This document shows positions 55,821 to 64,000 of a DNA stretch of 64,000 nucleotides, piece after piece (the first letter of the stretch is position 1; the number at the start of each line of letters is the position of its first letter). The position numbers and the translations under genes are program-made. Source of the stretch: an uncultured Bacteroidales bacterium (GTDB lineage: Bacteria; Bacteroidota; Bacteroidia; Bacteroidales; FEN-979). The DNA lies in the NCBI GenBank assembly GCA_903837605.1, contig CAILVF010000036.1, positions 8,186 to 72,185 on the forward strand, in the 5' to 3' direction. Below the pieces are notes generated by a model, which saw only the letters and a list, made by a program, of their open reading frames with translations, had not been told where the DNA came from and did no database searches.

Positions 55821-56894
55821 TTACCGCTTTTTTTTCTTTGCCCTCAGATATTGTTTCGGCCATTCTGTAATGTCTCCCAGATCATCCGCAGCATGCAGCG
55901 GGAAATACGGATCGCGAAGGAATTCACGGGCCATCAGGATGATGTCGGCCTGGCCTTGTGCGAGTATGCTTTCGGCCTGGACCGCAGTGGTGATCAGCCC
56001 AACGGCACCGGTAAGGATACCGGTTTCTTTCCTGACGGTTTCGGCCAGTTTTACCTGGTAGCCGGGCTCGATCGTAATACTCACACCGGGGATAATGCCT
56101 CCCGAAGAACAGTCCATCAGGTCGACCCCGGCTTCTTTGAGTATTCGCACCAGGGCCACCGAGTCGGCGACAGTCCATCCGCCATCCGCCCAGTCGGTGG
56201 CAGAGATCCTCACAAATAATAAATATTCAGGAGGGATCTCAGCCCTGATCCCGTCGACGATCTCAAGCAGGAGACGGATGCGGTTTTCAAATGAACCCCC
56301 GTATTCGTCGTTCCGCTTATTGCATAAAGGAGAGAGGAATTCATGCAGGAGGTAGCCGTGTGCCGCATGGATTTCGATGATCCGGAAGCCCGCTTCAACC
56401 GCCCGTTTTGCTGCTGCTATAAAGTCCCGGCGGACTTTGGCAATGCCTTCTGTGCTTAAGGTTGCCGGAACTGCAGTGTCGGCTGAAAAAGGAATTGAAC
56501 CGGGAGCAACAGGTTCCCATCCTCCCTCTGAAGGCGCCAGCAAACGCTCCCCTTTCCATGGGGCATCATAACTTGCCTTACGCCCTGCATGTGCCAGCTG
56601 TATGCCGGGAACAGAACCCTGCTCACTGATAAATGAGGTTATTTTCTTAAGAAAAGGGATATGCTCGTCTTTCCATATGCCTATATCGGCCGTGGAAATA
56701 CGGCCTTCGGGTGAAACAGCGGTGGCCTCGGAAATGACAGCTGCAGCTCCTCCAACGGCCCGGCTGCCAAGGTGTACCAGGTGCCAGTCATTGGCAAATC
56801 CGTCCTTACCTGAATACTGGCACATGGGTGAAACAACCAGTCGGTTTTTCAATTGGGTGCCCCGTATTTTTATTGTGCTGAAAAGCGTGCTCAT
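55821..56894 (-). CDS. Old Yellow Enzyme family NADPH dehydrogenase (YqjM/NamA-like)
   Basis: 357 aa. 'VVSPMCQYS','LAHAGRK','EIHAAHGYLLHEFLSP' and 'MAREFLRDPY'. Confidence 0.88.
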   Translation of the reverse strand: MSTLFSTIKIRGTQLKNRLVVSPMCQYSGKDGFANDWHLVHLGSRAVGGAAAVISEATAVSPEGRISTADIGIWKDEHIPFLKKITSFISEQGSVPGIQLAHAGRKASYDAPWKGERLLAPSEGGWEPVAPGSIPFSADTAVPATLSTEGIAKVRRDFIAAAKRAVEAGFRIIEIHAAHGYLLHEFLSPLCNKRNDEYGGSFENRIRLLLEIVDGIRAEIPPEYLLFVRISATDWADGGWTVADSVALVRILKEAGVDLMDCSSGGIIPGVSITIEPGYQVKLAETVRKETGILTGAVGLITTAVQAESILAQGQADIILMAREFLRDPYFPLHAADDLGDITEWPKQYLRAKKKKR

Positions 56895-56919
56895 AATGTA
56901 TCTAAATTTTAAATCCTGT

Positions 56920-56927
56920 TATATTTG
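56920..56927 (+). promoter_or_regulatory. Bacteroidota-type -7 box TATATTTG
   Basis: TAnnTTTG match 22 nt upstream of the ATG at 56949. This argues against the ORF-track start at 56925. Confidence 0.45.
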
Positions 56928-56948
56928 TATACCGCAAAATACAAATCT

Positions 56949-58361
56949 ATGAAAAAGAATCTGACACGGCGTGAAGCGCTCAAAACCCTCGGGCTGACGA
57001 TAGGGGGGGCTGCCATCGGCATACAGGGGTTTTCCCGGACCGCCGACAATACATTGGAATATTCACTGGGGCTTGACGAGGTTTTCAAACCTATCGACAA
57101 TAAGCTTGGAAGGCCGATTACCGCCATCACTTGCGGGGCGGGCAACAGGGGTAATGTGTACGGAGGGTATGCTGCAAATTTCCCGGAGCAGATCAAGATC
57201 ATAGGTGTTGCAGAACCTATCCCCATAAGGAATGAGAGATATGCAAAAATTCATCAGATCCCCGAGGGAAACAGGTTCAGGACCTGGGAGGATGTCTTCA
57301 GCAGGCCGAAATTCGCCGATGTCATCATCATCACCATGCCCGACAACCTGCATTATGTGCCCTGCATGAAGGCCCTTGAAATGGGCTATGATGTGCTGCT
57401 CGAAAAACCTATGGCACAGAGCGAGCAGGAATGCAGGGATATCCTTGCCATGGTGAAAAAGACCGGGAGGATAGTTGCGATCTGCCATGTGCTCCGCTAT
57501 TCACCTTATTTTGTGAAGATGAAAAAACTTATTGCCGATGGTGCGATAGGTGAACTTGTAAGTTTTCAGCATATGGAACCGATTTATCATATCCATATGT
57601 CCCATTCCTATGTGCGCGGCAACTGGCATAATTCAAAAGAAACAACCCCCATAATCCTGGCCAAGTCCTGCCATGACCTGGATATTCTCAGGTGGATGAT
57701 TGGAAAACCATGTAAAAGCATTGCAGCAATGGGCGACCTGAAATGGTTCAGGAAGGAAAATGCCCCTGCCGGAAGCACCGACCGCTGCATGAACGGCTGC
57801 GCCGTGGAAGCCAATTGCCCGTATTCAGCCTTAAAGGTATATGCTGCTTCAAGGGATTGGACCTATGTATTCGATCTTCCTGATGATAAGGACAAGCAGC
57901 AGGATGCAGTGATGGAATACCTGCGCACAACCAATTACGGCCGCTGCGTGTACCGCATGGATAACGACCAGCCCGACCATTATATCACTTCGATCCAGTT
58001 CGAAGACAGCATCACTGCGAATTTCTCCATGGAAGCCTTTACTTCTTATGGCGGCCGCCGCACCCGGGTTATGGGCTCCATGGGCGACATGGTTGGCGAT
58101 ATGGAGGAACTGACGCTTACCGATTTCAGGACAAAAAAATCGGTGAAACTCGTTCCCGCCGCCGAGGATGTTGACAAACTCAAAACCAGCGGGCATGGGG
58201 GAGGCGACTGGAACCTGATGCGCGATTTTATTCTTGCCGTTTCAAACCAGGATCCCAAATACCTCACTTCCACTATCGACCAGTCCATCGAAAGCCATGT
58301 CATGGGATTTGCAGCTGAGAAAAGCCGCGCTACCCAGCAGATCATTCAGGTAAGGATGTAA
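56949..58361 (+). CDS. Tat-signal Gfo/Idh/MocA-family NAD(P)-dependent oxidoreductase
   Basis: 'TRREALKTLGLTIGGAAIG' twin-arginine signal, followed by a Rossmann fold and 'EKP' motif ('VLLEKPMA'). Confidence 0.82.
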   Translation: MKKNLTRREALKTLGLTIGGAAIGIQGFSRTADNTLEYSLGLDEVFKPIDNKLGRPITAITCGAGNRGNVYGGYAANFPEQIKIIGVAEPIPIRNERYAKIHQIPEGNRFRTWEDVFSRPKFADVIIITMPDNLHYVPCMKALEMGYDVLLEKPMAQSEQECRDILAMVKKTGRIVAICHVLRYSPYFVKMKKLIADGAIGELVSFQHMEPIYHIHMSHSYVRGNWHNSKETTPIILAKSCHDLDILRWMIGKPCKSIAAMGDLKWFRKENAPAGSTDRCMNGCAVEANCPYSALKVYAASRDWTYVFDLPDDKDKQQDAVMEYLRTTNYGRCVYRMDNDQPDHYITSIQFEDSITANFSMEAFTSYGGRRTRVMGSMGDMVGDMEELTLTDFRTKKSVKLVPAAEDVDKLKTSGHGGGDWNLMRDFILAVSNQDPKYLTSTIDQSIESHVMGFAAEKSRATQQIIQVRM

Positions 58362-58370
58362 GGAAAATAC

Positions 58371-58393
58371 GAACGCCCCGCAGGGGGGCGTTC
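58371..58393 (+). terminator. Stem-loop terminator candidate (gaacgcccc-gcagg-ggggcgttc)
   Basis: 9-bp GC-rich perfect stem starting 10 nt after the stop codon. No strong T-run follows. Confidence 0.55.
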
Positions 58394-58723
58394 AAGCATT
58401 CTTGCTTTTATCCGTTAAACGGATCTTTTTATTGAGCCGTGGGCTCTCTGAACCGCATCAGGGTCTCCCCCGATGTGCACAAAACTTACATTTTGTAACC
58501 TGTTTCTTTTTTTCTTTTTGTCAGATTAATTCTGGTACAAATGTAATCCTGCCGGAACCGTTTGTCAAGGGGTTTTAACATTTTTTAACTCTTGGGATAT
58601 CAACAGCCTCCTGTTCAATTTTTTCAGGTTCTTCCGGAATAAAGTGTTCAAATAATGAGTATATCCTCAAACATGTAAGCAGGATATTTTTCCTCCTTCT
58701 TTTGGTTTTATTTAGAATTATTA

Positions 58724-58731
58724 TAAATTTG
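58724..58731 (+). promoter_or_regulatory. Bacteroidota-type -7 box TAAATTTG
   Basis: TAnnTTTG match 19 nt upstream of the scoA start. Confidence 0.45.
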
Positions 58732-58749
58732 TGAAAGATTCTTTATCAC

Positions 58750-59442
58750 ATGAACAAAGTAGTACAAAACGCCCGGGAAGCGATACTCGGAATTGAAAGC
58801 AACATGACCCTGATGCTGGGTGGTTTCGGCCTCTGCGGCATACCCGAAAACTGTATCTCGGCCCTTGCTGCCTCTGACATTACAGGACTTACCTGTATAT
58901 CAAACAATGCCGGGGTCGACGGATTTGGCCTTGGCATGCTCCTGCGCAAACACCAGATCAGGAAAATGATATCCTCATATGTAGGAGAGAACAAGGAATT
59001 TGAACGGCAACTGCTAAGCGGCGAACTGGAAGTCGAGCTGATCCCCCAGGGAACCCTTGCTGAACGTTGCCGGGCCGGGGGGGCCGGGATCCCTGCCTTT
59101 TACGTCCCTGCAGGTTACGGAACTGAAGTGGCTGAGGGTAAACCGGTGAGGAAATTCGAAGGCAAGATGTATCTCGAAGAGCAATGGCTCAGGGCCGACT
59201 TCGCGATCGTCAAAGCCTGGAAAGGCGATACCAGCGGGAACCTTGTATACAGGAACGTTGCCAACAATTTCAACCAGTCTATGGCCATGGCCGGCAGGAT
59301 CACTATTGCCGAAGTTGAGGAACTTGTCCCGGTAGGGAGCCTGGATCCCAACCATATCCATACCCCGGGTGTGTTTGTTCAAAGGATCTTCCAGGGAGTA
59401 AATTACGAGAAGAGAATAGAGTTTATGACGACCAGGGACTAA
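58750..59442 (+). CDS. scoA: 3-oxoacid (succinyl-CoA:acetoacetate) CoA-transferase subunit A
   Basis: 230 aa. 'MLGGFGLCGIPE' and 'GELEVELIPQGTLAER'. Confidence 0.9.
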   Translation: MNKVVQNAREAILGIESNMTLMLGGFGLCGIPENCISALAASDITGLTCISNNAGVDGFGLGMLLRKHQIRKMISSYVGENKEFERQLLSGELEVELIPQGTLAERCRAGGAGIPAFYVPAGYGTEVAEGKPVRKFEGKMYLEEQWLRADFAIVKAWKGDTSGNLVYRNVANNFNQSMAMAGRITIAEVEELVPVGSLDPNHIHTPGVFVQRIFQGVNYEKRIEFMTTRD

Positions 59443-59443
59443 C

Positions 59444-59478
59444 GTCACTCATGGCTCATGCCTCATGGCACATGGCTC
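59444..59478. repeat. Period-7 tandem repeat, 5 units (GTCACTC ATGGCTC ATGCCTC ATGGCAC ATGGCTC)
   Basis: Read directly from the sequence. Begins 2 nt after the scoA stop codon, in the scoA-scoB spacer. Confidence 0.85.
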
Positions 59479-59513
59479 AACTTAATTAACAATAGTCAAC
59501 GATAATCATTATT

Positions 59514-60170
59514 ATGGCTTTAGATAAAACCGGAATAGCAAAACGCATTGCAAGGGAGCTGCGCGACGGGTATTATGTGAACCTGGGAATCGGGATCCCC
59601 ACCCTGGTAGCGAATTATGTCCCCAAAGGCATGCAGATCATCCTTCAATCTGAAAACGGGCTGCTTGGTATAGGCCCTTTCCCCTCCAAAGATGAAGTTG
59701 ATCCGGACCTTATCAATGCAGGTAAACAAACCATAACGGCCTTGCCTGGGGCTGCATTTTTCGACTCCTCCATGAGTTTTGCAATGATACGGGGCGGGCA
59801 TGTCGACCTTACCGTGCTCGGGGCTTTTGAAGTTTCTGAAACCGGGGATATTGCCAGCTGGAAAATCCCGGGAAAACTGGTCAAGGGAATGGGTGGCGCA
59901 ATGGACCTCGTTGCATCGGCCCGCAATATCATCGTGGCTATGATGCATACCAACCCCCAGGGCGAATCGAAACTGCTGAAGAAATGTACACTGCCGCTTA
60001 CCGGATTAGGAGTGGTGAAACGTATAGTCACCGACCTCGCAGTGCTGGATGTTACCCCCGATGGGTTCAGGCTCCTCGAACGGGCGCCGGGCGTGAGTAT
60101 CGAACAGATCAAAGCTGCCACCGAAGGCCGCCTTATCATCGAAGGCGACATTCCCGAAATTATCGTTTAA
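59514..60170 (+). CDS. scoB: 3-oxoacid CoA-transferase subunit B
   Basis: 218 aa with catalytic-Glu motif 'LQSENGLLG' (SENG). Confidence 0.9.
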   Translation: MALDKTGIAKRIARELRDGYYVNLGIGIPTLVANYVPKGMQIILQSENGLLGIGPFPSKDEVDPDLINAGKQTITALPGAAFFDSSMSFAMIRGGHVDLTVLGAFEVSETGDIASWKIPGKLVKGMGGAMDLVASARNIIVAMMHTNPQGESKLLKKCTLPLTGLGVVKRIVTDLAVLDVTPDGFRLLERAPGVSIEQIKAATEGRLIIEGDIPEIIV

Positions 60171-60193
60171 ACTCACCATCTCACAATTGCAAT

Positions 60194-61354
60194 ATGCCCC
60201 ACTATTACACCCTCGGACAAATCCTACCTAAACGGCATACCGTCTTTCGCAGGCCCGACGGGGGGTTATATGCTGAACAGCTGGTCTCAACCGAAGGGTT
60301 CTCAGATTTGTATTCCCTGGCTTACCATTGCAGCCAGCCCACCCAGGTTCTTAAGATCGACCCTGCTTATCCTGCAGCCCCTTTGATTGCCGACCAGGAC
60401 AATATGCAGCACAGGCTTTTTAAAGGTTTTGACCTGGCCCGGGCCGATGACTATCTCGAATCGCGCATCCCTGTTCTGGTGAATGCCGACTGCCAGATCA
60501 GCCTTGCAGCTCCCCGCCTTTCCATGAATGAATATTTCTATAAAAATTCGGGGGCGGATGAGATGGTGTTTGTTCACATGGGCGGAGGAGTCCTCAGGAC
60601 AATGTACGGCAATATAACCTTCAAACCCGGCGACCACCTTGTAATCCCACGAGGAGTCATTTACCAGTTCAGGTTCTCATCCGCCGACAACAGGCTTTTT
60701 ATTGTTGAATCCCCTCAGCCGCTCAGGTTCCCTAAAAGGTATATGAACAAGGAAGGGCAACTGCTGGAGCATGCTCCTTTTTATGAACGCGATATCCGCA
60801 AACCGTCGGAACTTGAAACCCATGAAGAAAAAGGGGACTTCCTCGTTAAGATCAAACGCGGAGGGAAAATCTGGCCATACCATCATGCGACCCACCCCTT
60901 TGATTTGATTGGCTGGGACGGATGTCATTATCCTTATGCCCTGTCGATCCACGATTTCGAGCCGATCACCGGCCGCCTCCACCAACCCCCGCCGGTACAC
61001 CAGACATTTGAAAACCAGGGCTTCGTGGTTTGCGCTTTCGTGCCCCGGCTGTATGATTACCATCCCCAGTCCATACCTGCTCCATACAACCACAGCAACG
61101 TGGATTCCGATGAGGTTCTGTATTACGTGGAAGGCGATTTCATGAGCCGGAACAATATTCAGCAGGGAAATCTCACTCTTCATCCCAAAGGCATTGTGCA
61201 TGGGCCACACCCGGGAGCAGTGGAACGAAGCATAGGAGCAAAAGAAACTAAAGAACTGGCGATCATGGTCGATACTTTCAAACCGCTTATGATCACACAG
61301 CAGGCTTTTACGATCGAAGATCCTGATTATTACCGGTCGTGGCTGGAAAAGTGA
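60194..61354 (+). CDS. hmgA: Homogentisate 1,2-dioxygenase (short bacterial type)
   Basis: 386 aa from 'MPHYYTLGQILPKRHT'. Cupin core with 'PYNHSNVDSDEVLYY' and 'LHPKGIVHGPHPG'. The ORF-track extension from 59984 overlaps scoB and is not used. Confidence 0.82.
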   Translation: MPHYYTLGQILPKRHTVFRRPDGGLYAEQLVSTEGFSDLYSLAYHCSQPTQVLKIDPAYPAAPLIADQDNMQHRLFKGFDLARADDYLESRIPVLVNADCQISLAAPRLSMNEYFYKNSGADEMVFVHMGGGVLRTMYGNITFKPGDHLVIPRGVIYQFRFSSADNRLFIVESPQPLRFPKRYMNKEGQLLEHAPFYERDIRKPSELETHEEKGDFLVKIKRGGKIWPYHHATHPFDLIGWDGCHYPYALSIHDFEPITGRLHQPPPVHQTFENQGFVVCAFVPRLYDYHPQSIPAPYNHSNVDSDEVLYYVEGDFMSRNNIQQGNLTLHPKGIVHGPHPGAVERSIGAKETKELAIMVDTFKPLMITQQAFTIEDPDYYRSWLEK

Positions 61355-61400
61355 TGCAGGATACAGGATGCAGGATGAGTCAAATCCTGTATCCCGCATC
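61353..61400 (+). terminator. 17-bp-stem hairpin built from heptamer repeats (TGCAGGA TACAGGA TGCAGGA ... inverted copies), overlapping the hmgA stop
   Basis: gatgcaggatacaggat (61353-61369) pairs with atcctgtatcccgcatc (61384-61400) with one mismatch and a 14-nt loop. The function (terminator, attenuator or mRNA stabiliser) is not determined. Confidence 0.6.
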
Positions 61401-61430
61401 TGATAATCATTAACCAATAACAATTAAAAT

Positions 61431-62525
61431 ATGCAAAATGATTTTCTACCGATAAACGGAACCGATTACGTCGAATTTTATGTGGGCAACGCCAGGCAGG
61501 CCGCTCATTATTACCAGTCGGCCTTCGGCTTTCAGCCTCTGGCTTATGCCGGGCTTGAAACCGGGCTCAAAGACCGTACTTCCTATGTGCTGAGGCAGGA
61601 TAAAATAACTTTCGTCCTCACCAGTTCAATGGTCCCAGGATCCATGATCTCGGAACACTGCAAACTGCATGGCGACGGCATTAAAGTGATTGCACTGTGG
61701 GTTGACGACGCACGGAAATCTTATGAGGAAACCGTGAAGCGGGGAGCGAAATCATATTTTGAACCTTATGCTTCCAGTGATGAACAGGGCGAGGTAGTGC
61801 TTTCAGGCATACATACCTATGGCGACACCGTGCATATTTTTGTTGAGAGGAAGAACTACAAAGGCGCTTTTCTTCCCGGTTTTACCGGGTGGGATCCTGT
61901 ATATAAACCTTCTTCAGTTGGATTAAGGTATGCTGATCACATTGTAGGCAATGTCGGTTGGGGTGAAATGGACACCTGGGTTGATTTTTATCATGAGGTG
62001 ATGGGATTCAACCAGCTGATCTCTTTCGACGACAACGATATTTCAACCGAATACACGGCCTTGATGAGCAAGGTAATGGCCAGCAGCAATATGTACATTA
62101 AATTCCCGATCAACGAGCCGGCTAAAGGCCTGAAGAAATCCCAGATAGAGGAATACCTTGATTTCTATCACGGTCCCGGCGCCCAGCATGTGGCTATGGC
62201 TACCGACAATATCATTGAAACCGTTATCGCCCTGAAAAGCCGGGGAGTTGAGTTTCTCAGGGTCCCTGACTCCTATTACGACACACTGCCTGACCGGGTC
62301 GGCAAGATCGATGAGGCCATGGCACCGATAAAGGAGCACGGGATCCTGGTCGACCGCGATGAAGAGGGCTACCTGCTGCAGATCTTCAGCAAGCCGGTTG
62401 AAGACAGGCCTACCGTATTTTACGAGATCATCCAGAGAAAAGGTGCAAAGTCCTTCGGCAAAGGCAATTTCAAGGCATTGTTCGAATCGATTGAGCTGGA
62501 GCAGGGCAGGCGCGGAACCTTATAA
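61431..62525 (+). CDS. hppD: 4-hydroxyphenylpyruvate dioxygenase
   Basis: 364 aa. 'VEFYVGNARQAAHYY' and 'AQHVAMATDNI'. C-terminal 'FYEIIQRKGAKSFGKGNFKALFESIE'. Confidence 0.92.
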   Translation: MQNDFLPINGTDYVEFYVGNARQAAHYYQSAFGFQPLAYAGLETGLKDRTSYVLRQDKITFVLTSSMVPGSMISEHCKLHGDGIKVIALWVDDARKSYEETVKRGAKSYFEPYASSDEQGEVVLSGIHTYGDTVHIFVERKNYKGAFLPGFTGWDPVYKPSSVGLRYADHIVGNVGWGEMDTWVDFYHEVMGFNQLISFDDNDISTEYTALMSKVMASSNMYIKFPINEPAKGLKKSQIEEYLDFYHGPGAQHVAMATDNIIETVIALKSRGVEFLRVPDSYYDTLPDRVGKIDEAMAPIKEHGILVDRDEEGYLLQIFSKPVEDRPTVFYEIIQRKGAKSFGKGNFKALFESIELEQGRRGTL

Positions 62526-62551
62526 AGATGCAAACGAAACTGCGATAAAGC

Positions 62552-63823
62552 ATGGATAACCTAAACGATCAGCATTTGAAATCCTGGCTCCCGTCGGAAG
62601 CTGGCAGCGATTTCCCGATACAGAATCTTCCCTTCGGGATATTCAGGAAAGGTGTGAGCTCCCCTCATGCGGCCACGCGCCTTGGAAATACGGTGATCGA
62701 CCTGTTTGCCCTGGCTGAACACGGGTTTCTTGACGGACTGGGAATCGACCCGGGGGTGTTCAACTATTCTTCCCTGAATCCCTTTATTGAGCTTGGAAAA
62801 CCCTATTGGCGTTCATTACGCAAGCAACTGGCCCTGCTTTTCGGTTCAGACAATACAGAAGCCTGCGGCAGGATCGGCAGCACGAATGATATACTTTACA
62901 ATGCAGCAGCGGTTCAAATGTTGATGCCCGTGAAGGTTGGTGATTATACCGACTTTTATTCCAGCCTTGAACACGCTACCAATGTGGGGTGCATGTTCCG
63001 CGATCCGGCTAATGCCTTGCTCCCGAACTGGAAACATCTCCCGGTAGGATACCACGGGCGGAGCTCATCCATTGTTGTTTCGGGAACTGCTATCCACCGT
63101 CCAAAAGGGCAAACAAAACCTCCCGATTCAGATACTCCTGTTTTCGGCCCTTCAAAGGAGCTGGATTTTGAACTGGAATTGGCTTTTATTACCGGGAAGA
63201 AAACCGCGCTTGGAACTTCAGTAAGCACGGCCGATGCCGAAGACCATATCTTCGGGATGCTGCTGTTCAACGACCTTTCGGCAAGGGACATTCAGCGATG
63301 GGAGTATGTTCCCCTGGGACCTTTCCTGTCAAAGAATTTCGGGTCGGTGGTCTCTCCCTGGATCGTGACCCTCGATGCCCTTGAACCGTTTCGTGTTCCC
63401 GGCCCTGCGCAGGATCCCGAAGTATTGCCCTACCTTCGGTTCAGCGGTTCTCATAATTTCGATATTCAGATGGAGGTGTTCATCCAGGCTGAAGGACAAA
63501 CTGAATTCAGGGTTTGCAGTTCAAACTATAAATACATGTATTGGAACCTTGCCCAGCAGCTGGCTCACCAAACGGTGAACGGCTGCAATATCAGGGTTGG
63601 CGATATGTATGCATCAGGAACGGTCAGTGGCCCAACCCCCGGTTCTTACGGATCGATGCTGGAGCTTGCCTGGAAAGGAACAAAACCAATAAAAATGCCC
63701 GATGGCAGCGAACGCAGCTTTATCAATGATAATGATTCGGTCATCATGAAAGGATATTGCGAAAAGCCCGGACTAAGGATTGGCTTCGGGGAAGTGGCAA
63801 CGAAGATACTTCCGGCATTGTAA
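62552..63823 (+). CDS. fahA: Fumarylacetoacetase
   Basis: 423 aa. N-terminal 'FPIQNLPFGIF'. 'DFELELAF','NDLSARDIQ.WEY.PLGPF' and 'GDMYASGTVSG'. Confidence 0.92.
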   Translation: MDNLNDQHLKSWLPSEAGSDFPIQNLPFGIFRKGVSSPHAATRLGNTVIDLFALAEHGFLDGLGIDPGVFNYSSLNPFIELGKPYWRSLRKQLALLFGSDNTEACGRIGSTNDILYNAAAVQMLMPVKVGDYTDFYSSLEHATNVGCMFRDPANALLPNWKHLPVGYHGRSSSIVVSGTAIHRPKGQTKPPDSDTPVFGPSKELDFELELAFITGKKTALGTSVSTADAEDHIFGMLLFNDLSARDIQRWEYVPLGPFLSKNFGSVVSPWIVTLDALEPFRVPGPAQDPEVLPYLRFSGSHNFDIQMEVFIQAEGQTEFRVCSSNYKYMYWNLAQQLAHQTVNGCNIRVGDMYASGTVSGPTPGSYGSMLELAWKGTKPIKMPDGSERSFINDNDSVIMKGYCEKPGLRIGFGEVATKILPAL

Positions 63824-63860
63824 ACAAAGAAAGGAACAATGACTCTTGAATCGAAATCCT

Positions 63861-63895
63861 GGTCATCGTTCACCAGTCACCAGTCACTGTTCACC
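63861..63895. repeat. Period-7 tandem repeat, 5 units (GGTCATC GTTCACC AGTCACC AGTCACT GTTCACC)
   Basis: Read directly from the sequence. Lies 38 nt after the fahA stop and 12 nt before the next ATG. Confidence 0.85.
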
Positions 63896-63906
63896 CCTAC
63901 ACAGAT

Positions 63907-64000
63907 ATGGAAAACAACAAAGAATACCTCCGCTTTGACCCAAAGGAACTCAGCATCCCTAAGCTGCAGGGACTTGTCCAGGCTGCTGTTGCCCCAAGAC
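63907..64000 (+). CDS. 5' end of a gene running out of the window (possibly a flavin-reductase-domain protein)
   Basis: 'MENNKEYLRFDPKELSIPKLQGLVQAAVAPR..'. The '..L.....V.PRP' pattern resembles the N-terminus of flavin reductase-like domains. Only 31 codons are visible. Confidence 0.35.
   Translation, partial: MENNKEYLRFDPKELSIPKLQGLVQAAVAPR

Noticed and set aside
59451-59489. 12-codon mini-ORF (MAHASWHMAQLN*) inside the scoA-scoB heptamer array.
   Set aside because: The ATGs are a by-product of the ATGGCTC repeat unit. The other arrays do not encode ORFs. There is no evidence for translation.
59984-60193. 70-codon N-terminal extension of the hmgA ORF, overlapping the end of scoB.
   Set aside because: The extension is Arg/Pro/Ser-rich and overlaps a well-supported gene. 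The conserved HmgA N-terminus 'MPHYYTLGQI.PKRHT' starts at the ATG at 60194, just after the scoB stop.

Overview
This is a 64-kb chromosomal segment that looks like a Bacteroidota genome. The evidence is TAnnTTTG-type -7 promoter boxes in front of several genes and the tRNA, many lipoprotein or secreted proteins, and a high density of hybrid two-component systems. I can support about 55 protein genes and one tRNA-Lys(CTT). I saw no CRISPR array, transposase, integrase or phage genes.

Layout:
- 1-24 kb is dominated by signal transduction. It holds six sensor or hybrid histidine kinases, a cheR-cheB pair with no MCP/cheA/cheW nearby, a stand-alone receiver, a FIST sensor, an orphan meaB, and an amino-acid ABC importer whose binding domains are fused to the permease.
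- 24-38 kb holds a cold-shock-domain protein and a putative lipid-remodelling cluster: membrane protein, PlsC-like acyltransferase, B12-radical SAM, OYE reductase, cupin, AraC and a His-box desaturase. It also holds an MFS transporter and a tripartite RND efflux system whose RND gene is broken at an A7 tract.
- 38-49 kb holds a complete membrane-bound [NiFe] uptake hydrogenase (small, large, cytochrome b, protease), hypBAEDCF and a His-rich Ni permease.
- 49-55 kb holds a Na+-translocating biotin decarboxylase operon (mmdA-gamma-BCCP-beta), divergent from a biotin-less 5S-type carboxyltransferase.
- 55-64 kb holds a second OYE, a Tat-signal Gfo/Idh/MocA oxidoreductase, and scoAB-hmgA-hppD-fahA for homogentisate/tyrosine catabolism.

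Most unusual observations:
1. The MCP-less, receiver-less CheR/CheB pair sits between two hybrid kinases, next to a duplicated Glx-rich heptad coil in the upstream kinase.
2. The ABC importer has a non-canonical order of binding-domain halves, and its ATPase has an unexplained C-terminal domain.
3. A family of period-7 tandem repeats occurs in intergenic spacers.
4. A 17-nt duplication of the tRNA-Lys 3' end sits at a sharp drop in GC content.
5. One BCCP/pump set is flanked by two different carboxyltransferases.

All functional calls rest on motif recognition by eye. No database search was run.
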